In this document: piece after piece, positions 50,640 to 61,538 of the stretch
Layout of the letters: every line of letters begins with the position of its first letter
Numbering within the stretch: the first letter of the stretch is position 1
Source: Podarcis filfolensis
Lineage: Eukaryota
NCBI GenBank assembly: GCA_964270895.1
Contig: OZ185441.1
DNA length: 64,000 bases
Direction: 5' to 3' (one strand)
Notes under the pieces: generated by a model
Told to the model about the DNA's origin: nothing
Seen by the model: the letters and a program-made list of their open reading frames with translations, nothing else
The model's database searches: none
Position numbers and translations under genes: made by a program

Positions 50640-50830
50640 ATCCTGGCATAGTGACCTAAAAAACTGATCTACGAGTCCCCAGTAATGGGATTGCCTCAGT
50701 CAGGAACCCAAGAGATGGCTTTAGCCAAGCCACACTCTCAGCCTCCACTTGCCATATGGGTACAATAGTTACCTACCTTACAGTATTGTTTTAGCGATGA
50801 CAGCAGGGTATGCTATGTGAAAGCACTTTT
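50640..50830 (+). mobile_element. Old MIR/CORE-type SINE remnant
   Basis: cacactctcagcctccacttgccatatgggtacaatagttacctaccttacagtattgtt...tgtgaaagcacttt resembles the CORE-SINE core and tail. Confidence 0.45.
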
Positions 50831-53800
50831 CGCTAGCATCATCATCTCATTATTACGGAACTCATGTAGGACCTACAACAAAGTGTTGTTGTGTGGAATG
50901 CTCCTGTTCAGGGTTCCAGCCAGACATGCCCAGGACTTCCCAGGATACGCCAATTTCACCACCATCCTGGTTTTCCATTTCCCTTCCTTCAACTGTCAGC
51001 CAGAGTTCTGTGGTCACTGATATTCTCAGTTTTCACTGGGCAGCTCTTGGCATTTGCCCCTCTTAAGGCTCCCCCCCAAAAAAAACCATTCTGCAAACAT
51101 TGGGGTTTCTTTTCCCTGCCTCCCATCTGCTCCCAGGCATGCTGAAACTTCCCTCTTGCACGCTGATGGTGCTATTTTGGCTAGATAAGGATCAGTACTC
51201 TGAGAATTGAGTTCACTATTAATGTATAGAATGTACAGAAGAGAACATGCCCAAGAGTCAGGAACTTTGAATGAAAATTCCAGTCTGATCTACTAAGTCT
51301 CATAAAAGCCATATTTACAGTTTACATCCAGTTTCACTATGCTATACCAATGGGTTGCATGCCTTAAATAACATGATTAGTACAAGCTGCATATGGTTTG
51401 TATCAAATGGCAAATATTCTTTTCTGCTTCAGATCATGTACTCTTTCAACGTTAGTTATGTATTGTCAACAATGAAAAATTCCAAGAGTTTGAGCATGCC
51501 AATTATCTCAAGCAACTGATAGCAAATGCCTAAGTTTAGGACCAGGGACACAGAAAAACAAGCAACAAAACACATTCTTTGTACATGAAGCTGGCTTTAG
51601 CTCTCCTTTCACCTATTCTAGTTACTTCTCATATTCAAGGCTAAATTTTACAGGACAGTATTCTTTAATGTTTAAATTTGAATGATTCTGTGGTGCGGCT
51701 ATATGGAGCTAGTTAAGCATCTACAAGGTACACCCCATTACATATCATGGAGGTCCCCAAACACATCTTCATAGACTGAACTTGTGGCCAGACTTCCCTC
51801 AAACTGTTTGGACTATTGTATCTCTTCCCCTCGCACCCCAGACCATCCAAGATAATCTTCTGGACTAGGTGGAAGGCATGGTACAACAACTATTTTATCT
51901 TCAGCAATGTTTGGAGCACTGTATGAAGACCAACCATGTATAGTTCCTTACCACCTTCCTCCCCGTTCTCCCCACTTCACAATCCCTTACCCCCAATCCA
52001 ACCAAGAGTCAATAAACCAGCTTCGTGTCATTCAAGAAACTAACAGCATTTGAAGTGCTACAAATGGACTGAACTTCAGCATCTATTTAAGTCCCAAGAC
52101 GAGGGGCAAGTAGCATCTCAATTCTGAAACTCTGAAGTTACTTGACTGTATAGTTTGTGTCGCTAGACACAGCCCTAAAAGCACAAAAATTAAGGCAGAT
52201 GGGAGAGAGAGCAGTATATGGCCTTTATTTTGGCAGAGGCCAACACGTCACCTCCTGGTAGTACCAGCAAAGCACAGAATCTTTAACCAGAAGGGGTCCT
52301 CCTTCCTGTTGCAATCACAAAAAACGAAGTACAGTACAAGACCTCATTGGGAGTGAGAGCTGCAGCCAATTAGTAGCACTTCCTTCGGCATGCCACTTAT
52401 TGCACATAGACACAAACAGCTGAGGAAATCAGTTAACATGCTTTTTTTTTGGTAGAACAGGAGTTGTTTCTACATTTACATACAGGTGGTTCCATTCCTG
52501 ACCTGTGTGTGTAAGTGGAGTTTGCATAAGCCCACCCTGCCCCCATTCCACCCCACTTTGGGACCACTTCTGGGTTGGCAGCAATGAGTGTGTGCGTGAT
52601 CACGTGTCAATCCGATGCACATAAAATGGTCACTGCCTGTACTTGGGCTAATGAACATTATTTACATGTCTGGCTCACTGATAAGCCCCCAGTTAGCCTT
52701 TGTATATTTGGGGCTTTTAAAATATTGTTTTTAAATATCATTATGGAAGTTTAAATCTTTTTGCTATTTGAAATCAGCACCCTAGAGTCATTAGCAACTT
52801 TTCTTACCACTTCTCTTTGCTGACACCAACGCTGAACCGGGATTATGCCAGTGTCAATGTGATTATGACAGAGTAACACGGCCAGAATTGCCCCTTCGAT
52901 CTATTACACTTCAAAATGAACTTCCACTGAGGAAAACTGAGCAGCCAGTTTCTTGTTCCGTTTTAAAAATGAAATGGCACAGTAACAAGTGACAAACACA
53001 CAGACAAAAAGACACTACTAGGCCTGTGCATGTGTTTAGTTATTTTCCCCCCATCCTTGTTTCAGAACTGCGCATAATGTAAGCCTAAGCATGAGAACCG
53101 AAAAGTGAACATGTCAGATGAAATGACAACTCATTCCCAAGACTAACTGGTTTGCTACGTTCTTAGCAGAAAAGTCACATGCCGCATGCAAAACATGTCC
53201 AATTCCAAACTTTGGCAGAATGTCTTTTCTGTATGTAATACAAACATCACTGCGGTTCTAGAATCATGACAGATATTTATTTACAATTTTTACCATAAAA
53301 GTATGTTCACCTTAGTGTTGTATCAAAGCTACATTTAAAATTACACATGCATTTCCTCCCCTTTGTATATATATATATATATATTTAGTTATAAATGCAA
53401 ACATAAAACACTCAGACAAACCATGGTAAAACATTGCCCACATAAATGTATGTTACAACAGTAGTCACGGTATGACAAGAAAAGAAAACAGTACAAGAAT
53501 CCCAAGACAACTGAACAGCTTCATCCCCTGAGGAAGTTTGCTCCAAGGCAAAATTTAGATTGGTTTTCCCACAGAGCTCTGAGAATCTGCATCAATATAC
53601 AGTATTTGCAGACACCAATTCCCTAAATAGTGCCAGATGACAGGTCAGATATTGCAATATAGTTCAGAAAGAGATGTGAGCTGGAAAGTTAAAAAAGAAT
53701 ACACTCTAGCTGCATTTTTAAAACACTACCGAAAAGTCCATTGAAAAAACAGCAAAAGACATCATTATTGCTGAATAAGGGTATGGGGGCAAAATTATAG

Positions 53801-55101
53801 AGATGTGGGGAAAAAAATAGTGACCAAAAAGCCTAATGAGAGACATCTGTAGTGGAAAGAAGAGAAATGCCAGGGGACTGGGGAACAAATAAGAGCTTGG
53901 CGGCTCTTGTCACCTCTTGTTTACCATTTTGGCAATAGAGTTTTACAACAAGCATTGTGGAAAGCTGCCAAATTGCAGATTGTTTCCTATAGTTAGAGCT
54001 GCTTTGAGCTTATCTTTGCTGCCTAGCAAAAAATAATTTGATAAAGGACCTTAATCCTTCCTTTCTCCACGGAATGAACACTGTGCAAACTGCATTAACA
54101 GGACTATCTTATCTAACGTGAGAAGGGGCATGGGAGATGAAGTGGGGAGTGCTGGTTATTATTTATTAAACAGAGTTTAATCTGGGGTGTGTGTGGAATT
54201 TTGACTGCTTATTTGTTTAAATTTCATTGTGCCTAGAAATTCTGAAATATTTCTACAGTCCTACAACAATTGTGAGTGAAGACATGACAGGTTTCATTCT
54301 GCACACAAGCCATGGTGCCATTTTGCGGTGATCAGAATGCATTAAATTGAGCCAAGAGGCAAGCATGGAAATGTTGATACATATGAGAGTGAAACGTATT
54401 TAAACCGAACTCTCTCTCTTGAATTTGTCTTCAGCAAATAAAATAAGGTCACCATCTTTATGCCAAGCAACTAGTGATAGTGAAACAGTGGAAGTAAAAA
54501 ATAAATGTGCACATATTAAATTCTCTCTGCATTGAAACCTGAGAAATAAGGTGCAGTGTTTGTTACATGTCACAGGGGATCTATTGTCCTCCTTTTACAT
54601 GTAAAAAAGTTAAGAACAGATGAAGCAGAAGATGTGTGACATTTGTCTTCAATATGACCTCTTGCTTTTGATGTTTTTTGTTTGCAAAAACATATTGAAA
54701 TATCTGGCCAATACTAGCATTTAATGAATGATAATGCAAAGGCGATCAAGTAACTGGAAACTTTTTTTAAAAAGCAGTAAGAGACCCACATTAAAAAAAC
54801 ATGAAGAAACAAGAGACCAGTATTGATGTCAGTGAGACAAATTTAAATGAGCCAGAAACATGCATTGTTAAGAATTCATGTATTTCATTTGCAGCATGGT
54901 GTAGTCACATCAATGTACCTCACTTTTTTAAAAAAATGTTAACAACAAAAAAGATGGTCTCATATTAATGAACTTCTGTTCCACCACTGTTCAAGGGGAA
55001 AGGCAGAAGTATCCCCAAGTATCTTTTATAGATACCACATTTGGGGGTTTTTTTTCTAGCACAGCAGTAAAGGTTGCAGCCTCTCTAGACAAAAATCCTA
55101 C

Positions 55102-55258
55102 CTGTGTTTTTTGATGCCATTTGACAGAGTCTCTCCAGTTTTACAGGTCTTTTCTCCAGACATGTCAGACGTTATAGTGTCACTAGAATCCACGCTGTCT
55201 TCTAATGAGTAAGTTGTCACAGTTTCAAATCCACTCAATGATTTTTCGGATTCTGAAT
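55102..55258 (-). CDS. OSBPL1A: OSBPL1A exon ((D)SESEKSLSGFETVTTYSLEDSVDSSDTITSDMSGEKTCKTGETLSNGIKKH(R)), containing the ORP1S start Met
   Basis: Length is 157 nt, phase 1 to 2, with GT-AG boundaries. Its ends match recalled human DSESERSLS and LSNGIKKHR. Confidence 0.93.
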
Positions 55259-56148
55259 CTGTAAGACAGATGAACGCCAAATGAGACACACTTCAGGCTA
55301 GCCTTTCGCAGGCTAATGGACACCTCCTTTGCACAGCGTAATGAAACTTAAGTAGCCTATGGTGTACTGATGACAGCATTTGTCCAGTGAAAACTTAGTA
55401 CAAGTAGAGACTGAGTCTCTGAAAGAACATGGGTGAGCAAATTGTTCAGCGCCAAGGATTATACAAAGATGGGAATGTGAGCAGGGACAGACAAGTACAG
55501 GGTACCAGCAAAACATCTTACCAACTCCTAAACTTAGGCCCGCTACAGGTGCAATATTAGCCTATCCTTTAACCATACTTACTGGAATCAGGGTTAAGAT
55601 ACGAGTTCCTACACAACTCTTTGTTTCATAGTTTTAATATGAGAATCCAGCCTTTTCCTCTAGGTGTGTTGTTTAATTCCTGTGCTACTAGTTAAATTTA
55701 ACACCAGGTATTCTCCTGAGTAATTTTTTTAAAAAAATGTACATCAAGATTTTTCAAACTAATATGCCCCAACAATAAAGGATAAAAACATAGTGAAACA
55801 CAGCTGGACACATTAAAGCAAATATACTCACCAGCAAGTCCAACCCAATGAGGAAAGGAAAAAAAAAAATTCTTACCAACTATGGTAAACATGGTAAATG
55901 AGCACAACGGGCATTCATATTGGTTACACACATAACAATCCTTTGAAATACACTCAACAAGGACCGGCATTTCTCTGAATCATACCCATCTGGCAGATGC
56001 CCAGGATTTCTGTTATCAGCTGCATCTACACATTACTACAAGTTCCATGACCTTCCTTCACCCAAATGGGTAGCAAAGCCAACTAGGCAATGCTATTCAG
56101 GGCCAGTGGAACTCTATTTTTAAATGTGGAGTACGAAATCTCACCAAC

Positions 56149-56150
56149 TA

Positions 56151-56198
<48 letters not shown>

Positions 56199-56246
56199 TG
56201 TGTGTGTGTGTGCGCGCACGCGCGCACGCGCGCGTACACACACACA
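56149..56246. repeat. Compound (TG)n-(CG/CA)-(CA)n microsatellite
   Basis: 98 nt of uninterrupted pyrimidine-purine alternation. Confidence 0.95.
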
Positions 56247-59006
56247 TTCAGATTTGCATTTGCTACTTTAAACACATTACTTGTACTTTTACCAGCCATA
56301 AGGGAGAAGGAGGTGGTATCTAAAGAGCTTAGAACCCACCACCAACAATCCTAGGCTTCATAGAACATATTTGTTCTATGAGGGCGTGTTTTTTCTTCCA
56401 GTGTCTGGCAAAACCCAGTTTAGTCACTTACTTTCTATCCCAGCTACAAACACAGAAAAGGAACTAAGGACAGCACATAGACCTTTTGCATAAATGTTTA
56501 CAGTTTGTGCTATAAACAAATCTGATCAAAGCAAACACTATGTTTGCATAGATGGCAATGCAAAATTTCAAGAGCTGGAATATATTGGCTGTTTTTTATG
56601 TATGGATATTAACAGTCCAAGACACTTGGAGACATGGAACTCAGGATGGAAGCAGATTCTTCAGATCATGAAACTGGCTCATAACCTTCCCTTTACAGTC
56701 GGTTATTCCTAGTGTTAGATACCAAAATGTACAGGAGAGTTCTCTTGCTACATTTTAATACTTATGTGGTGCAGATATTAGCTAGCTAGCTGTCTACTAG
56801 GTAAGTCCTATTATACCAAACATGCAGTCTTCTTTTTTTTTTAAGGCAACTAGCTGCTGAGCAAGCTGTTCTGTAAGGCACAAGTGAAGCTTTACAGGTT
56901 AATTATGGTGCACAGGAAACCATTCAGGTAATACAAGAGACCTTAGGGTTGCATAATTCCTGATCTCCTCACAGACATCCCAAGTTGACAGGGAGCTTTA
57001 CTTTTCAAAAGAGTTTGCTATCGTGGATATAAGATTGTAAACAGACTCTTCCTATCCACTTACAGAAGGCCAGCATAACAAGGCAAACGTATTAATTTAG
57101 GTAAGTCTGTAAAACAAGGGATTTGTATGGTTCCAGGTGACCTGCCAATTGTAAAGTCTTACAGCAATTAATTAAAACTGCAGCTTACAAGGCCCATAAT
57201 ACAGTTTCAAGTGAAAACAAATAGCCTACATTTCTCCTCTCTCTTAGAGCCAAGCTTATTTTTTATTTTTGCTTTATCTGCCCAAGATGATTGTTTTCTT
57301 GTGAATTTTCAATCCCTTTCATACAAAGGAACTGTCCTTATTCCCACCCAGTTATTTTCTTTGGTTCAAGCAACTGTAATATTCCTGAATAATTGCATTT
57401 CAGTAACCGACGACTTGGTGCAGTATTCAAATTTGATCATGTTATCAAACTTCACAAACAAATGAGAAATTACATTCCCTTGAAACAGCAGCACTCAGAT
57501 GGAGTCCAACCCCCTCACTCGCCCCCCCCCCCCCGCAAGGGAGGCACAAAGCATATCAGACATGTAGTTCTACCAGAGGAGCTTTAGATGTTCTATTAGG
57601 ATACAAGTGCACCAATTCTGGCTTAGACTTTTATATTAACATCTGTATGTATCCTAACAACCCAGCCAGATGGGCAAGGTATAAATAACAATAATAACCT
57701 ATATCCCAGACAACCCTGTTCTTCCACCAGAATGGTTTCCTTAAGTTCTGACAGATTTTACCTTCTGGCACAGTCACTAAATTTGTCTGTGTTATATTTC
57801 TACATATCAGAAGACACTTATGGTATGCATGCACACATTAGGAGCAGCTGTGTTGTCTTTCAGGTTCCGTGAAAGGCCTTTGATAAATAATTTTCACAAG
57901 ACAATTTAATGCTGAGAAACAATCATCAACAAGACAAATGGCTACTAGGCAGACCATACCCTCTTGCTTAACGACATTTTCTCACTGCCTGTAGAGAAGT
58001 AACACACAGAAGGTTCTTAAGCAAGCTAGCCAAACCACGCATTCTCTCCAGCATTTCTTGACCCTGGTGAGGGGTTTTGCTGGTGGCAAAACCTCTCTCA
58101 AATCCTTTGGTAGCTTAATAAAGTTTACAAAAGGGAAACTGCGTTCAGTTTCATTTATGCCTCCCACTCAATTGATCAGCATGCAGATTCCAACCCACAA
58201 TGCACCCCTCATTCTCAGAGAACAGGCTTTTTCCTTCAGTCATTATCCAAAAATAGGAATCAAACAAAGAGGTCTGGTTCTTATTTTCTGCAGAGGACAC
58301 ATTATACATGGTCAAGACAACTACTTGTCCATTCTAAGATGACCCTGAAATCCTAGCCAGCTGAATGGTTTCAGTAGCAGAAACCTATTTGAACACCTAG
58401 TTTATTACAGCGCATTTCTCCTCACAACAGTGCAATTCAATTTAATCTAATGCATTTTGGTCAGGCAAGCTAGAAATTGTGTGTATTATGTTTTAATCTG
58501 TTTTTAGACACTGAACATGGGTTTTTAAAGTGTTACTTCTCCTGAGTCTGCACCAACCACATTTTTGTTTTTGAATCATGATCTAAATTCCTTTTTCATT
58601 AGCTTGTCCTTGTCTTTTAGATGGAAAGGCAAGACACAGATGGCAAAAAGCAGCCAGGCTAGGAGTGACCGTGGCTCTTATAAAAATTGAGCTCTATTGT
58701 ATATAAACCAAGATTTACATACCTACTACTTATAGAGTAAACAATTCATTACTCCAAATCCAGTTACAGCTGTTCGCACCCAAATCTTGCTACTTTTGCC
58801 CCTTTCAACATATTCTTCCTAGCCAGAGTCAAAATTTATACTGCAAACTACTTGTGACAGGATAGGCCTTTTCTTCTGTTCATTACTCTGAGAAGTCAAG
58901 GTGTGTGTATATGCATATGTTTATACATAAACACACACCCTTGACCCTGGTCTTTTAAAGAAAAAAAAAACCCCTAACATTTTAGTTTTCTATGTCACAC
59001 ACTTAC

Positions 59007-59169
59007 CTGAAACAGCATCATAGAACTGTTCCTCACTAAAGATGCTGAGAGGTGGTGACCCTTTGACCAGTGACTGCTCTAATTCATGGTGTTCAGTAGC
59101 TAGTGTTTCTAGAGCTTCAGATAAGATCTTGTTTTTCTCTTGCTCATGCTCCAGTTTCAGATTCCTCAC
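59007..59169 (-). CDS. OSBPL1A: OSBPL1A FFAT exon (VRNLKLEHEQEKNKILSEALETLATEHHELEQSLVKGSPPLSIFSEEQFYDAVS+G); the gene continues beyond the window
   Basis: Length is 163 nt, phase 0 to 1, with GT-AG boundaries. It matches recalled human EALETLATEHHELEQSLVKGSPP...EFYDALS. Confidence 0.96.
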
Positions 59170-60024
59170 CTATAAGTAGAAACATGTATGAATAAAATCT
59201 CATCTCTCCCAAGAACGTGAAACTCAAGGCTATTTCAAGAATAGGCTCCAGTTTGCTAACTAAACCATGTCAACAAGCTCTGAGAAGTGGATTAAGATGA
59301 CTAGGGAACTCGCCATGAAGTTTTGTCTCACCATTTTAATGTGTCACAGAATAGGAAAGCTTACCAAAAGAATTTGTCTAAGCAAAAATTGGCAACTAAA
59401 ACTGAAGGCGCTATGAAAGACAAAGCAAGTTTCCTATTAATCAGTTAATGCAACTTTTGTATAATTCATGGAACTGCTAGTATGAGCTTGGGGGTAGCAC
59501 AACAGGCTCTTCTAAGTCTATGATTCTATGAAGTTCAGTTAGTCCTGAATGCAGCTCCTTAGCTATTGGCAATTCTAAGTATATTATGTCATTATTACTG
59601 AGCTCCACTGACAGGCAGTTTCTTTCCCGGTTTTATTTAACATATTGGTACTGACTTTTAAACCAAAAAAATGATTGGCCTAGGATCCCTCAGAAAGCCT
59701 TCTGGCATTATCAGTCTTCTAATACATTGTGGTCTATAGTGGTGGCTCTGTTTCAAATTCCTTTACAATGATTTATTTACAATGCTATATTTCTATACTG
59801 CCTTTCATCAGCATTCCAGGGAGGTTTGGATTATTCACATTAAACAAAAATAAATTTTACAACAGTGACAAAACCAATTACCATAAAAGCACTGTTTTTC
59901 TGCAGCAGCACAGTATGTCAACAATATGTCACCCACCAACCTAATTTACCCCAAGGCCCAGGTGAAAAGATGGGTGTTAAATACAACAGTGAAACTCCAC
60001 TAACAAAGGCACTCTATGCACCTC

Positions 60025-60080
60025 CAAGAGGAGGAAGGGAGTTCCATAAACAGAGTGCCACTACAGAGAAGGCCCTGCAG
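60025..60080 (-). mobile_element. Short L2 LINE ORF2 3' fragment
   Basis: The minus strand agggccttctctgtagtggcactctgtttatggaactccc reads RAFSVVALCLWNS. It is similar to 40530-40570. Confidence 0.55.
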
Positions 60081-60205
60081 ATTCAAATTAGAATGTTCAT
60101 AAATCAGGCCATTCTTTGCAGCAGTGTTTTCCTTGAGTGTTCTACAAGACAGGCTCACCATATGAAGTCTATTGTGGAATTAAAGGAAAATTGACGGTAG
60201 GTACA

Positions 60206-60660
60206 TTTTATTTATTTATTTATTTATTTATTTAATGTGTATACCACCCTTCATCTGAAGATCACAGGGCAGTTCACAACAAAAAAATACAAAATGAAAA
60301 CACAAAATACATAGTAAAACAGAAGCAAAATAAACCAATAACACCCTCTTCCACAGACACATTTAAAAGGTCACAGAATGTTAATCAGCAAAACGCCTGG
60401 TTGCAGAGAAAGGCTTTCATCTGGCGCCTAATATATGTAATGAAAGCACCAGGCAAGCATCATTGAGGAGACCATTCCACAAAAGAGGTGTCACCTCAGA
60501 AAAGGCCCGTTTCCATGTCGCCACCCTCCATATCTCTCTTTCTGTCCCTAATATATTGTAAGAACAGCTGTATGAGCAGAATGGCAGGATTGTGCCCACC
60601 ATACAGGCCAAGTCTGATTTATTTGAAGCCCTATATTTCTGTATACGGTACTTCACATGT
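60206..60660 (-). mobile_element. L2-clade LINE 3' end with (TAAA)n tail (5' limit approximate)
   Basis: The minus-strand peptide WKRAFSEVTPLLWNGLLNDACLVLSL is the L2 AFSxxAPxLWNxLP motif. (TTTA)n lies at 60207-60233. Confidence 0.7.
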
Positions 60661-61468
60661 TTCATATCTACAGCAGCGAACCAGAGATATATGTGCAATA
60701 CTGATGAAACTTAGTATGAGAAGTTAAAGAAGAAGCTACAGCTTTGAACACGAGGCTGAAACTGGGGAGGCAATGCGCAATTTAATATTGTCCTCTACCC
60801 AAATAAACTTCCATGACTGAAAGACTGCTCATAGTCATTACAGAGTCATTTAAAGTGAATCAACCCTTAAAATTATAGTTTTCTATTTAACATTGTGTCT
60901 TTAAGGGCAGCTAAAAGTATTATTGTTTATGCTGAAGTAACTTGAACCACCAGTACCAATATGTCTCACAAAATTGGTACTGGTGCACATAAAATATGGG
61001 TTGTACCAAATGACAGCTCCCAGTACCACCTCCTATGGCTGTTCCAAAGAGGTTCCCTAATTCTCTGGAACATATTTTGGAGGGGTGTAGAAGGAAAGTA
61101 AAGTCATCGCAGAGAGAAAGGGGGAAAGTACATCTCCCCCTCTGTCTGGTGTTAATGGAAGCCTCCTCTGGAGCGAAGGGCCTTCTGTAAGGAGAGGAAT
61201 ACTACCCTGCAATTGAATATTTTTTGCCAACTTTAAACAGAGGGCCTTGATCTATCACCAAGTTGTTTCAAGTATCGACATAAACCTATTAGTTGATTAA
61301 TTTGGTGCTGAAAAAAGTGGAGTTTTAGATCCCCAAATATCACTTATTTTCCCACATGGTCATATGCTTGGGTCCACAACTCACTGTGCAGAGAAAGTAT
61401 GTTTTTCCTGTTTGTAGTGCACACTTTGGTCAAAAATGGTAAGGGAAAAGAACTGACCCAGGGAATGA

Positions 61469-61538
61469 ATGTGTGTGTGTGTGTGTGTGTGTGTGGAGAG
61501 GGAGAGAGAGGGAGAGAGAGAGAGAGAGAGAGAGAGAA
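61469..61538. repeat. (TG)n followed by an imperfect (GA)n microsatellite
   Basis: Direct reading of the sequence. Confidence 0.93.
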
